Shown here piece by piece: positions 44,445 through 61,334 of a stretch of 64,000 nucleotides of DNA (positions are counted from its first letter, which is position 1; each line of letters opens with the position of its first letter). This stretch comes from Eledone cirrhosa (lineage: Eukaryota): assembly GCA_964016885.1 (NCBI GenBank), contig OZ024743.1, forward strand, positions 244,776,001-244,840,000, given 5' to 3'. The position numbers were made by a program, and so were the translations under genes. Under the pieces are notes generated by a model. It saw nothing but the letters and a program-made list of their open reading frames with translations, did not search any database and had not been told where the DNA came from.

Positions 44445-44715
44445 GGTCTAATGATTACTTATCGCAAATCCCAGTAAACCCGCGTATAGGAGAAATACAA
44501 AAGATAGTACTAATGGGAACTGCCTATATACTAAGGAAGATTCTGTCAATATAAGTACATCACAAGTCTAAACACCTAAAGATGCATGTGTGAGTATATA
44601 TGTTCTTTCTTGAACATGGCGGACATTGTTGTCTCTTGAGGTCACTGGTTGTGACTTGGTGATAACTCGTATGAACATAAAGCAAGATAAATGCAACTAT
44701 AATAATAATAATAAT
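44445..44715 (+). mobile_element. R4/Dong-type RLE LINE extreme 3' fragment with (TAA)n tail
   Basis: YLSQIP..PRIGEIQKIVLMGTAYILRKILSI*, flanked by TAA repeats. Confidence 0.75.
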
Positions 44716-44900
44716 AATTGTTTCTATTTTAGTCACAAGGCCAGCAATTACCCAGTACATTACTGGTACTTTGTTTTATCGACCCCGTAAGGATGAAAGG
44801 CAAAGTTAACCTCGGCAGGATTTGAACTCAAATCGTAAAGGGATGTAACTATGCTGGAAAGTATGTCCGACCCTCTACCGATACTGCCAATTCACCGCCC
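44716..44900 (-). mobile_element. SINE family A
   Basis: Family body. Confidence 0.9.
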
Positions 44901-44934
44901 TATAATAATTCACCCCAATAATAATAATAATAAT

Positions 44935-45772
44935 GATTTCTTTATTGGCCACAAGAAAAACATTACAGCCGGCACAGGACGGTACAGGACGGTACGATGT
45001 GGGTTTTGTGCGTGTAAATATTTTTATTATTTATATAAGAAAAGAAAAAAAGGACATAGAAACATATATATATATAAACAATAAAAATGAAAATTGAAAC
45101 AATGAAAAATTCTCCAATAGGGGGAAACCTCCGAGGGTTACTCGTGGCGAAAACCACACAAAAGACCACGGCCACCCTGACCACCAGGGCAAGCGCCCTC
45201 TCTCAATTTTTACATTTCTCAAACTACAGACGTATATTCAGAGTGGTCCCGTTCACTCGGACCATTCTCGCAACATTCACCCACCTTTCAACAAACTTGC
45301 TAGAAGGCGGCACTTGCCTCTCCACCCTGATTTTCCTCTTCAAGTGAAACTTGAAAAAGTTAATTAGGGATTCGCCGAAGAGGAAAGCGTCTGTCTTTAA
45401 CCCTTTCAACCTTGTCCACCACACAATCTCTTTCGCCATGGCCACCAGGCAGATGAAAACCGCATGCCCTTCCTCCTCGAAGGAAGACGGCGAGACCATC
45501 TGCACAATAGACTCAGTCGATAACCGGATCAGTCCTACACGCGACAGCAACTGTTCGACATAGCTCCACAAGTCAGCAATGCTCGGGCACTGAACGAGTG
45601 CGTGCACGACGGTTTCGTCGCTCTGCGCGCATCTCGGACAGGCTCGGCTGACGGCACTTCCGTGCCTGTAGAGCTTATCTCGAACCGACAACGCTCCCCG
45701 GTAGCATTGCCAGGCCAGGGATTTCTGGAAGTTATCCATAGGCCATGGGCTGAAAGTTCTCCGGAAGAGGTG
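44935..45772 (-). mobile_element. L1/Tx1-clade LINE 3' fragment (different subfamily); 3' tail repeated at ~46253-46430
   Basis: PMDNFQKSLAWQCYRGAL..CPRC..ETVVHALVQC..FVERWVNVARM. Confidence 0.88.
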
Positions 45773-45792
45773 GATAATAATAATAATAATAA

Positions 45793-45972
45793 TAATTGTT
45801 TCTACATTTGGCACAAGGCCAGCAATTATCAGTACATTACTGGTACTTTATTTTATCTACCCTGTAAGGATGAAAGGCAAAGTAAACCTCGACGGGATTT
45901 GAACTCAGACTGTAAAGGGATGTAACTATGCTGGAAGCATGGCGTCCGACCCTCCAACGATACTGCCAATTC
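45793..45972 (-). mobile_element. SINE family A in (TAA)n
   Basis: Family body. Confidence 0.88.
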
Positions 45973-45973
45973 A

Positions 45974-46009
<36 letters not shown>

Positions 46010-46010
<1 letters not shown>

Positions 46011-46250
46011 TTGTCATAGGCGCACTAGGTACTATCTCAAAGAGTTTCCAAGGATGGTTAAAGAAAATTGGTCCCGCCCCGCTTTTTGGAACACTTCAAA
46101 AGGCATGCTTGCTGGGAACAGCAAGAACCCTCCGATACGTCCTGAATATCTGAGGCTGCAGGTAGTGGCTTGATATTCATTTCAACAAACTTTCCAGTTA
46201 AATAACATCAATGACTGAGACTCAAAGAACAATAATAATAGTAATAATAA
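46010..46250 (+). mobile_element. R4/Dong-type RLE LINE 3' fragment (second family) in (TAA)n
   Basis: IVIGALGTISK..LQKACLLGTARTLRYVLNI*, followed by a TAA tail. Confidence 0.78.
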
Positions 46251-46699
46251 TGCTTTCTTTATTGGCCACAAGGGCTGACATCAAGAAAAACATTACAGAC
46301 GGTACAGGACGGTACAGGACGGTACGATGTGGGTTTTGTGCGTGTAAATATTTTTATTATTTATATAAGAAAAGAAAAAAAAAATATAGAAACATATATA
46401 TATATAAACAATATAAATGAAAATTTAAACAATAGTAATAGTAATAAACGAAAGATATATACTTTATATCATCTCTATTTCTTTTATTATATATATTTCG
46501 AAGATGTAAAGTTTTATGTATAACATAAAGCAAAACATGTCCTCTTCAAACATATATATATGTATATATGTACGTGTCAGATCATTAACATATGAAAGAC
46601 ATGTTTACCTTCGACCTGTCAGTGCAACAGAAGAATGTTTCATTCCAAACATCCTACCAACTTACATACTTTGTTTCCCCTATTAACACAGTACGCGCG

Positions 46700-46801
<102 letters not shown>

Positions 46802-46899
46802 AAGGGTGTGGTAAAATGCCAGGTGGACCCACCAGAGTACTCGATACTAGGGGTAGTAGAGTGAGTAATAGGAAAAGATTCAGGACTTCGACGGCTGCG

Positions 46900-49798
<2,899 letters not shown>

Positions 49799-49932
49799 GT
49801 GTGTGTGTTTCAACCATCCCCAAACATAACAATATCGGTTTCAACACACGATTTCACAAAAAAATCTTGCAAAACAAATACATAAACGCACACACATACA
49901 CATACACACACATACACACACACATATATATA

Positions 49933-49965
49933 TGATGAAGGACTAGTGGTCCGAAACGTTAAGAC
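49933..49965 (+). ncRNA. Truncated minimal hammerhead-like core heading a PLE-type tail (to ~50058)
   Basis: TGATGA-a-GGAC-tagtg-GTCC-GAAA-cgtt. The first core C and stem I are replaced by (TA)n. Confidence 0.55.
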
Positions 49966-50065
49966 TCTCTTTCTGCTATTTCAAGCGGTAAACTAATATA
50001 TTTATTCCATGTACTGTGCCGTTTGTTTTGTTATTTTTGTTATTTCTGTTTACCTTTTACACACG

Positions 50066-50230
<165 letters not shown>

Positions 50231-50488
50231 AGAGAGAGGGAGAGAGAGGGGTGGAGTAGATGGGGGGGGGGGGGGTAGAAAATAACTGTACATAATCGAT
50301 ATAATGAAAAGTGAAGAAGGCATTCCTGTGCTTTATTGGATCTCTGTGGAATTCCGAAATATTTCCTGGGTTTGTTATTCATTTTTCTCTCTCTATTTCT
50401 TTTACAATGTGTTTTTCTTTCCTTCTACACAAACACACACGCACCACACACACACACACACGCAATACACGCACCACACACGCACCAC

Positions 50489-50529
<41 letters not shown>

Positions 50530-50877
50530 TACATTCACATACACATACCTAGTCACCAAAACACGTAGAGACACATACGCACGTGTCGGTGACTTCATCT
50601 CGCCTTTGCTTTCTGTTTCTCTCTCTCCCTTATCCCACCCTCCCTCTCCGCCTCTCTCTATCTCCCTTCTACCCCTCCCCCCTCTCTCTCACTAACTATT
50701 CTTTCTCTTGTTTACGTTTCCATCACCCTTATCACTACCAGCACCACCGCCACCGCCACCTCGCTCTTGTAATTAAATTTACCGCTTCTTTGCGCCTGAC
50801 TGGTCCATTGGTATGATGCCGGGTGTAATCAACAAGGGTTCGATCTATTTGTACGTTTCGTGATACCAAGGAGAGGT

Positions 50878-51690
50878 CAGTGATGGTGGTGGCGATGGTG
50901 GTGATGGCTGTGGTGGAAGTGGTGGTGGTGGTGGTGGTGGTGATGGTGGTGGTGGTGATGATGGTGGTGTGGGGATAAATAATTACGAGACGATTTATAA
51001 AGGGATCGTGTCGTTTCCCATCATTTTCATAGATGGCTCATCCAATACCACAATTAATTGATAACCAAACCAGTCACCTCCATCAACCGCCCTCTTTCAC
51101 CGGCACCACTAACACCACCACCTCCACCACCACCACCACCACCACCACTACTAGTATCACTACCACCACCACTACCACCAATAACACCATCGTCATCGTC
51201 ATTATTAGCGTTTATTATCCTCAACATCATTATTGTCGGCAGCAAGCAACAATATCAAGGGTGCCACTCACCGCTGCGTCAGCAATAAGCCTTCACCACC
51301 ACCATCACTACTACCAATACCACTTTACTCTATTCCTACCCCCAACAACATCTTCCCCGCCATCACCACTACCCCTACCACCTTTACCTTCGTAAACCAG
51401 GCACTCAACACTGTCATCATCACTAATGCTAACTCAACCAAAGTTGCAAATACCATTACCGCCATCGCTACTAACATCCCCATAGCCACCACCACCACCA
51501 CCACCACCAATAACAATAGTAACATCATCATCCTGTCCAACATCACTAACAAAAATGACATCATCACCATCACCACCACCTCTGCCATCGCGATCATCGC
51601 AAATACCATCACAGCCTCTTGAACCACCAACAACACTACAACTATCACCACCATCACCTACAGCCACCAGTAACACCACCACTGCTATAT
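50878..51690. repeat. (GGT)n and (ACC)n low-complexity tracts
   Basis: Read directly from the sequence. Confidence 0.85.
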
Positions 51691-53029
51691 CACTAAATCC
51701 TCTACATCAGATAAAGATTAACCAATATTGATCCTCCCTGCTTCTCTTATAGTTCCCATTTATTTCTGACATGCTGTTGGCAATTTTATTTTTATTTTTG
51801 CTTCCTGGCCAGGAGTATATTGTCATTCATTCACGGCCCCAGTTGGCCGACTTTTGCTGTCATCGTATCGTTGTTGTTCTTGGTTATTTGGTTGGTTGGT
51901 TGGTTCCCTTACTGGTCCCCTCTCTCTTACCCCATTCTTTAAATGCGTTCCTCCCCAGTCCCCCGCTTAGCTTATTCCCAGTTCTGACTCACTGATAATA
52001 ATAATAATATGATAAATACAACATCACTTGCTCTACTCCCGTTCTATCATCAGATTTACCAAAAATTACGTATTTAATCGCTCGTATTCACCGAATACAA
52101 GATGGCGGGTTGCCTCTAGCAGAGATACACATACAAAAAACCCCCAAAAAACCCCAGAAAAAACAAAACAACAACACAAAAAAACAAAACCACAACATAA
52201 AAGTATAACACAGAACCCACCCCCACCCCCACCCACCCAATCAATAATTGTGTCCCTTCTAGAATAATCTATTCACCCGAAACCCCTAATAAAATTACAG
52301 GGTTCATTACTTCTTTCATTTGTACCAAATCTATCAATTTGGAATCATTTTTCTTTCTGGTTTTCTTTCATTGTTTTTCGTTGTTTTGTTCTTTCATGAT
52401 ATATTTAATTTGTTGTTATTGTTGTTGTTTTTATTTTATGGTGGGTTGATATGGGGGGGGGGGCAGGAAATGGGGAGTATTGAGGTGAAATAAGGTGGGG
52501 TTGGGGTTGGGGGGGTAGTTCTTCCGTTCTTTTAATTTTATCATTAATTGTTGCTGCCTTTCTGTAACACTTCCTGTCTTGCTCTATTTCCTTCCCCTTC
52601 TATTTCTCTCTTTTATCCTTTTTTTCGATTTTGGGATTCTGTATTTGTCTGCTCTCATTCCCCCTCTCTCTACAGAGAGAGTGGGGAGGGGGGAGAAAGA
52701 TAGAGGGGGAGGAGAGAAAGAGAAAGAGAGATGGTGAGTATATGTGCACACACCAAAGAAAAATTCACAGACGCACACAGAAACACACAGGCGCATTTCC
52801 ATCAACGATACACAAAACAGAGAGAGAGAGAGAGAAGCAATAATGCACATCCACGAAATGCACTTCATCTGCACACACATAACAACAACTATGACACACC
52901 AAAACTCATCACTTCGGTCCCCACTCCCGAATGCCGAACTACTCGTTTAACACCCCTAGAATTTTTAAAACTTTTTTTTCTCCAAACTCCGATGTTTCAA
53001 CCTTTTCTTTCTTTCTCTCCGAAATATCC

Positions 53030-53066
53030 ATTTCCTGAAGATAGACTTATGTCCGAAACGTCAAAC
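53030..53066 (+). ncRNA. Minimal hammerhead-like core in a PLE-type tail (to ~53150)
   Basis: CTGAAGA-t-aGAC-ttat-GTCc-GAAA-cGTC; the downstream sequence resembles 49960-50058. Confidence 0.55.
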
Positions 53067-53261
53067 CCTCTTCTACTTCTTTCTAAGCGTGATACTAATA
53101 AGACTTTATGTTTTTTGCATCTCTGTATTTGTCTTGTCATTTCTTGAACTATATATATATATATATATATATATAGTATTGTGGTAAAAAACCGGGAGGT
53201 TATATCCGTAAAAAGTAGAGCACTCAGTCGAGTTCGGTATAAATTAATTTGTTGTGGAACT

Positions 53262-53357
<96 letters not shown>

Positions 53358-53434
53358 GTATGTGTGTGTGTGTGTGTGTGTGTGTGACTATATTAAACAG
53401 AGTCGGGGCCCAACTCTTTCTAATATATATATAT

Positions 53435-53615
53435 AATTGTTTCTACTTTTTGGCACAAGGCCAGCAATTATCCAGTACATTACTGGTACTTTATTTTATC
53501 GACCCCGTAAGGACGAAAGGCAAAGTTAACCTCGACGGGATTTGAACTCAAACCGTAAAGGGACGTAACTATGCTAGAAAGCATGGCGTCCAACCCTCTA
53601 TTGATACTGCCAATT
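53435..53615 (-). mobile_element. SINE family A
   Basis: Family body. Confidence 0.9.
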
Positions 53616-54549
53616 CTGTCTAGCTCTACACCTCGACACTGAAGTGAACCTAAACATCGAGTGCCCATCCGGGTGAACATACAGTAACTCCAAGTTACGC
53701 TCCCTGGATATATATATATATATATATCGAAGGAATTGTGGTAAGGAACCAGATGGACCATAACGCACCAGAGTACTCAATACTTATGGTAGTAGAGTGG
53801 GTAATATGAAAAAGTATGATCCCGACGGAAATAGCCGTCGAAACGACTTGAGCTCTGCCGTCGGGATCATATTTTTTCCTATATATATATTTATATATTA
53901 GATATCAATTTAACAATGAAAATAATAATAAATCAAGTTAGTTTACCTATTCATATCATTATTTTGGGATCGTTTCGGAGGGTTGATCATATTGATCATA
54001 TTGATATATTGACTGATCTATAGCAGTTATATAACTGTATATTATCAGACATCATGTATAGGTTCGATCAAACCGTCTTCACTGCATTACCCGCTATCGG
54101 ATTACATTGAGTTCTATCTACGGTACGGACCCTACCACTAAGGGTAGATCACATTGAAAACAAATACACACACACACACACACACACACAATCCCAAATA
54201 CCGTATCAATGGATTATAAATGAATAAAAGACAAAATGAATGAATTACTTATAATAATCCGATGTTTCTACGCGCCAAAACATTTCCCACTAACAAACAT
54301 ATCAGTATGGCCACATAGCTCTTCTAATATTTCTACTTGCTCTTTTACTTCATTGCACTCAACAAACTAATTAAATGAAACTATAAACCTCATAATAGCA
54401 ATATATATTTTTGTGATAAACAATTATCAGATATTTAACGGTCATACAATCTAACTGATCACTGTTGCTGAGAGAAATTCTCAACAGATGCTGGGCCCGT
54501 CGGTGATATGGTTATTCTGAAACACTGCTTGACAATTATTACGTATTAT

Positions 54550-54732
54550 AATTGTTTCTCCTTTTGGCACAAGACCAGCAATTATCCCAGTGCATTACTG
54601 GTACTTTATTTTATCGACCCCGTAAGGATGAAAGGCACAGTTGACCTCGGCGGGATTTGAAGTCAGAACGTAAAGTCCATAACTCTATGCTGCAAAGCAT
54701 GGTGTCTGATGCTCTACCGATACTGCCAATCC
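54550..54732 (-). mobile_element. SINE family A
   Basis: Family body. Confidence 0.9.
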
Positions 54733-55649
54733 TGCTCACTCATAATGGTCCAAAGCCCCATTCCGCCCAGGACCAAAGCCTGTCTAACCAAATCCAACAG
54801 GAAAACAAGAAGAAATCAAAATTCTGTTATGCTGTGAAACCTGAGCAAGGCATTAATGAAAGAATCAGTAGTGTTATATTTTGTTAAAAAGAATTGACAC
54901 TATGAAGTTGATAGTAATATATCATTAATGGACTTCAGCCTAGCTGTGTTGCTATCCATAGCTCTGTTTACATCTTCAAACGGGAGGCAATCTTGTGTTA
55001 TGATTTTAAGCCACAGAAATCACCGTAATTACAGATAATACTTATTTAGTGATATGGTAATTATAGTGAATTACTAGATTCACAAGTGTTATGTTGTCCG
55101 TGAAGAATTACGGTCGACCTTTACATGAGACACATAGGTGAATGTCACTTTTTCTTTCTTTGCAAAATCTAGATCGCTCAACCTTCTTCAAACAGCAATC
55201 AAATTCCTTCAAATCACGCGCTACCACATTAAACAAAGAAATACATATTTAATAATATAGTCATATATATCGTTAAACACAGAATTGTCACGACTGAAAC
55301 TTTTTTGATTATAAGTCTGTTAGATTAGGGTTGCTATGGGGCTGAACAACAACAGCTTCTCCGTCGAACAACCTACCGGACTTGATTGAGTCCAGTTCAT
55401 TACCCTTAAACACCGTGATCAAGAGATAGCTCCTGCTCACACCAAACTCTTCTTTCTATACATAGATGATGGATTCTCCGTCACTTTTGACGACGAGCCT
55501 TTAGTTGTTTGATCAACCATACATCCAACATGTAAATTAACGTATAGGTGGTGGAGTATTCCACACCAAATGCACTCTTAATGTAATTTTCAAGCTGAAT
55601 CACCTTGACTCAATATGTGCCAAGGATGAATTACAAGTACAATCCATCT

Positions 55650-55746
55650 GACGGGCTTCCATATAGTTTCCATCTACTTAATTTCACTCACAAGGCTTGG
55701 GTCAACCCGAGGCTATGATAGATTACTCTTGCCCAAGATGTCACAC
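55650..55746 (-). mobile_element. SINE fragment, family C; related fragment at ~27355-27465
   Basis: Shared gcttc..tatagtttc..t.tac....tt.actcacaaggc; the 27355 copy ends in a B-box-like gggatcgaaacc. Confidence 0.5.
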
Positions 55747-55776
55747 ATCCTGTATGCATGTCTGTATGTATGTATG

Positions 55777-58700
55777 TTCTGGTTTTATAATTTCACAAAG
55801 TTTTACCAATAAAGAGAGAGAGTCGGTTTCTAACATAGACACAAGACTCTCTCATTGGAATTTACACAACATCAACTAGGTAGATATGAATGTATGCATG
55901 CATGTGTAGATATGGATGTTATTGTATGTGTGGATGTGGATGTTTTGAGTTGTATGTGTGCATGTGTATATGCTTTGCATCTGTACATGTGTATATGCAG
56001 TTATTAGATGCAAAATTTTTGGAATGTTTTACATATTTTTACTGTTCCATTAATTGTTTGTACTTGTAATTTCCTAACTAGTTGTGTTCTTTCTGTTCCT
56101 GTGAAGCCTAGCTTCTCAAGATTTATATTGAGGCAGTTACTAACATACCCAGTGCCCCAATAATCACAGGCATAAATCTGAAGGTGTAATCAGGGTGGAG
56201 TATCTGCAGATTTCTCATCAGTTCTGCATAAATATTCTCCTTTACACTAATCTTTGATATTATATTGGCATCTGCTGGGCAGCTAATTTCCACTACTGTG
56301 CATGCTTTCTTCTCCCTGTCCCATATCATAATATCTGGTCTGTTATGCCTGAATTTTATTGGGGTTTTTACTGGAACATTCCACCAGTACTCTTTCATAT
56401 TATGTACATGGATGTCTTCCACATTGCTGTAGCTTTTAATGTGTTTATTATCGAGGCTATCTTTTTTACGAACTGCATTTTGGCCACTACATCATGCCTC
56501 ATAGGTAGATAGTACCGCGATGACATCTTTGGACAGCTGCTGATGACATGGGTGATATCCTCGATGTCAGTTCTGCAGAGTCTGCACTTATTATCACATC
56601 TAGGTGTTTTGCCTGCATCCCTATCTCTTTTGTGAATCAGGTATTTCGTGTTAATCTCCTGTTCTTGGATTGCAAAAGCGTATCCTTCAAAGTGGGAGCC
56701 AATATAGCGGTTGTTGGTCCAAGATAGACTACTTTCCTCATCTATATTACTCTCACTCTGGAGATTCCTGGCAACATATCCATGCATGATTTTTTTGCTG
56801 ATAAGTATGTAGTTTTTCATCCATGAATTCACTGCGATACTGCTGAGCGACTTCACTGGGTGTGAGTTTTTGATTATCACACAGGGAATATCTCTCGAGG
56901 AGTTCCTTCCCAACTCTTATGATCTTATCTGTTTCATACAGATAGACTTGCTCGAGAAACGGGCTCCTACGCTTCGAGGTTCGTAGATGTTGTCGGAGAG
57001 ATATGATGCGACATTCAAATGTTGTCTGGACTGATGTTAGGCCTCTGCCTCCCTGCTTACGTTTCAAGTAAAGGCGGTCTATGTCACTGTTGATGTGGAA
57101 GTTTCCGGTATTGTTTAGTATTTTTCGAGTTCCAACATCAACTGCTTGGATTTCGTCTATCGTCCAATTGAGTATTCCAAACGTTGGTGTTAGGACAGGC
57201 ACAGCAAACACATTGTGAGCCACTGTTTTGTTTTGCGCAGAGAGTTCCGATGACGAGATCTTTCTTAATCGGGTGTAGTATTCCCTGGTTACGCGTTCTT
57301 TATTAGATACCATTATAGGATATGTTCTCATCTATCCCCAGGTATCTGTAGCAGTCCTCATCAGATATCGGTGAAACAGTTAGCGATTGATGACAATGTT
57401 GTTAGATTGGGTTGTTGTTTTTCCCCGCTTTACAGTCATGTATGAGCATTTATCTTGGCCAAACTCCATTCCTATATCCTTTGAGAACGTTGTAATCAGG
57501 TCAAGATTTTTCTTCATCCCATCCATGTTCTTGGCATAGAGGTTCAGATCGTCCACAAAGAAATTATGGGTTAGGTTCGTATTTCTGTCCTCCTGTGAGT
57601 CAATGATGTATCCCTCACATTTCTTGAGCAGAAAGGACAAGGGGTTTAATGACAAGATGAATAATATCACAGAAAGACTGTACCCCTGAAATATACCCCT
57701 GCAATATTTTATTTTATCAGTGAAAATAGAATCCTCCCTCTCCGTTTTTAACCTTAGGATAGTAGCCCAAGAAGAAGACAGCCTCTCTATGGCTCTGATA
57801 ATAATGTCTGGGACTTTAGCAAGTTGGAGGGCCTCTATCATCCAAGAGTGGAGAACAGAATCGAAAGCTTTCCTGTAGTCCAGCCAGACTGTAGCCATAT
57901 TCCTCCTAAGTTGTCGCACCTCCGACATCGCAGTTTTGTTGATTAGGAGTTGTTCAGCACATCCCCAAACCCTTTTCTTTCCAGCTGCTTGTTCATCTGT
58001 GATGATGTTATTATTTTCACAGTGATCTTGGAGGAATAGGTTGAGGCAGGCTGTATACATCTTATACATCAGGTTCTGGCATGCAATGGGTCGGTAGTTT
58101 TTTGCCAAGTGGGTGTCTTTGTTCTTGGGGACCAGTAATGTTTGTGCTAATGTCAACCATTCTGGTATAAGTGTATCTCCCTTAAGAACTTGTTGGTAGA
58201 GGTCAGTAAGATACCTCCGATAGAATATCAGTTTTTTGTACCAGTAGCCGACAATCATGTCTCTTCCTGGTGTCTTCTTATCTTGGAGTTTTCCTATCAC
58301 AGTCTCAAGGGTACCCTCACTTATTTCGTATGTTTTTGTTGTAGTGTAGGAGCAATAGTTCTTTCGGATTTCTCTTAGCCACACTGCATCTTGGTTGAAA
58401 TTCTTCTTTTCACCCCATATTTTTCTCCAAAAGGAACCTATGTCTTTCTGGGATGGGGCCTCAGTGACACTTATTATTTTGCCCTTCATATATCTATAGA
58501 CTGATGTTTGGTTTCGTCTGAATCTTTTATTAAGCACTTTTCTCTCATCTACCTTCTTCAGGTATCGGCGTTTTTCGCTAACAGCTCTCAATTCTTGTTT
58601 GAGGGTGATCAGCTTATATTGGAGAGTTCTGGTTCTACTGTTACCAAACATCGTTTCTATTTTATTTTTCACTCTTTGTTGGTGAGGAGTGAGGTTTTTT

Positions 58701-58965
58701 TGTGTTTGTTTGCATGCAAGGAGCATTATTACATATCCTATGTTTTTTCGTAGGTCAGCACTCTTTTTTTCTATTTTAGTTATATATGATGGTATTTTTG
58801 GTGGTGTTTTGTTCTTGTTAATATCTCTGCTATCACCAAGATAATGCTTCACTGTCGTTGCTAAGGCATATAAACAGGCGTTGATTTGCCAAAATGTTGG
58901 GGTTTTTATCCGTCGTAAATATTCATCCCCTATTTCGTCAATAACACGTAATATTTCATTATTTT

Positions 58966-58996
<31 letters not shown>

Positions 58997-59866
58997 ATTG
59001 TCGTTTTAATACGTTCAGCAAGAGAGATATTTATACATGAATTAATTTCTCTCTGGAAGATTTCGTTGAGGGAAAATTTCAATTATTTATACTTTTGATT
59101 ATTATCATTGTCGATAGTATTTTTCATAACAGTCGAGGTAGACTCAGATGGTACACGTGAAGTCAAATTTCTTCGATTATTATTATTATCGATAGTGTTT
59201 TCCCCAGCATTCGAGGTAGACTTAGATGGTACAGGCATAGTTGTTTCAAGGCGCTGTTCGACCTGGCTGCTAGGAAGTCTGGTAGCATGGCGACCTGTAG
59301 CACGTGTTGTTGATAACATGTTTGTTGTGGGGGACTTACAATTAATAATATTTATCTTATTTTTACGTTTAACAAACGTCGCTTGTTGGCGTAATTGTTT
59401 CGCTGTGAAATAATTTAGCTCTGGGTGTATTTCGTCCCAGTGTAGCTTCATTCTGTTCATATAGCCAATGGAGGGATTGTTTTTTGCCATTTTATAACAA
59501 TTAAATAAATCATTATTAAGTTCGCAACTCCAAGAGAAATGCGATTTATAATTTCGGTTTCTTCTGTAGCTACAACGGAACAAAGTCTGTTTACCTTCCT
59601 TGTTATTTGTCTTCGGTACTTCCTTAATTTTGTTGTTGATGTTGTGTTCAGCCATGCTGTTTGTAGCAAATCCTTGTAAAATGAATTATGTATTTAGTCG
59701 GATATCTCTACGAATTCGAATAAAAGGTGTCTTCAGAAGATATAGTTAGAAGAATAACCAGTTATTCAACATGACCCTAGTTGTGGCATTACTGTCGGAG
59801 ATAGTATTCATCTTAAATTTAATAAATAGTCTCCCACGCCAAAATATGCGACTGATCGCGTTGACT
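55777..59866 (-). mobile_element. Near full-length R4/Dong-clade non-LTR retrotransposon (RT, CCHC finger, restriction-like endonuclease), frameshifted
   Basis: KTPGRDMI, NYRPIACQN, WLDYRKAFDSV, RGIFQG, FFVDDLNLY, RLYLKRKQGGRGL, CRLC..EDITHVISSC, RHDVVA, RPDIMIWD..VEISCP. Both ends abut (TATG)n. Confidence 0.92.
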
Positions 59867-59903
59867 GTATGTATGTATGTATGTATGTATGTATGTATGT
59901 ATG

Positions 59904-60691
59904 TTCTTCTGGTTTTATAATTTCACAAAGTTTTACCAATAGAGAGAGAGTCGGTTTCTAACATAGACACAAGACTCTCTCATTGGAATTTACACAACAT
60001 CAACTAGGTAGATATGTATGTATGCATGCATGTGTAGATATGAATGTTACTGTATGTGTGGATGTGGATGTTTTGAGTTGTATGTGTGCATGTGTATATG
60101 CTTTGAATCTGTACATGTGTATATGCAGTTATTAGATGCAAAATTTTTGGAATGTTTTACATATTTTTACTGTTCCATTAATGGATTGTACTTGTAATTT
60201 CCTAACTAGTTGTGTTCTTTCTGTTCCTGTGAAGCCTAGCTGCTCAAGATTTGTATTGAGGCAGTTACTAACATATCCCAGTGCCCCAATAATTAATCAC
60301 AGGCATAAATCTGAAGGTGTAATCAGGGTGGAGTATCTGCAGATTTCTCATCAGTTCTGCGTAAATATTCTCCTTTTCACTAATCTTTGATATTATATTG
60401 GCATCTGCTGGGCAGCTAATTTCCACTACTGTGCATGTTTTCTTCTCCCTGTCCCATATCATAATATCTGGTTTGTTATGCCTGAATTTTATTGGGGTTT
60501 TTACTGGAACATTCCACCAGTACTCTTTCATATTATGTACATGGATGTCTTCCACATTGTTGTAGCTTTTAATGTGTTTATTATCGGGGGTATCTTTTTT
60601 ACGAACTGCATCGTACAGTGTTTTGGCCACTACATCATGCCTCATAGGTAGATAGTACCGCGATGACATCTTTGGACAGCTGCTGATGACA
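59904..60691 (-). mobile_element. Second, 5'-truncated copy of the same R4/Dong element, in tandem within (TATG)n
   Basis: Highly similar to 55777-56549; encodes the RLE domain (KPDIMIWD). Confidence 0.92.
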
Positions 60692-60768
60692 TGTATGTAT
60701 GTATGCATGTATTTATGTAAGAATGTACGCATGTATGTATTTCATGTAAGGATGTATGCATGTATGTA

Positions 60769-60804
<36 letters not shown>

Positions 60805-60865
60805 TGCATACATACATATACATACAGACATAGACATACAGATATAGGTATGTGCGATTGTACGC

Positions 60866-60920
<55 letters not shown>

Positions 60921-61334
60921 TACACACACACACACGCAGTAATCACCCTTAAAATACCAAATGAGTACATGTGCCGGAAATAGAAAGATTATTTCCTCTT
61001 TATTTATTTATTTTATTATTTTATTATCTATTTATTTTTTGTAATAATGAATTTCAAATTATAATGAGAAAATATTTGGGAAGTGACTGTTCTCCTTTTG
61101 TTGTCTTTTGTACAAAGGACCACAGGCTATGGGCTTGCTTATTCTATCAGGATATCACACATGTAATGAGATGTCGTTGAAGGAGGAATGGGTTGGATCC
61201 ATGATTAATAATGTTTTTATTTATTTTATTTGTAATTAATCTGGCCAACTGAAATGTGGTGACATGATTATTTCAATCACGTTCAGTATTAATAGAAGAA
61301 AAATATCTAATTTATAAACTGGAGCAGAAATAGA

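Noticed and set aside
50792-50850. Possible tRNA gene (tggtccattgg ... ggttcgatc)
   Set aside because: Box spacing is too short and no complete cloverleaf forms; at most a decayed tRNA or SINE head.
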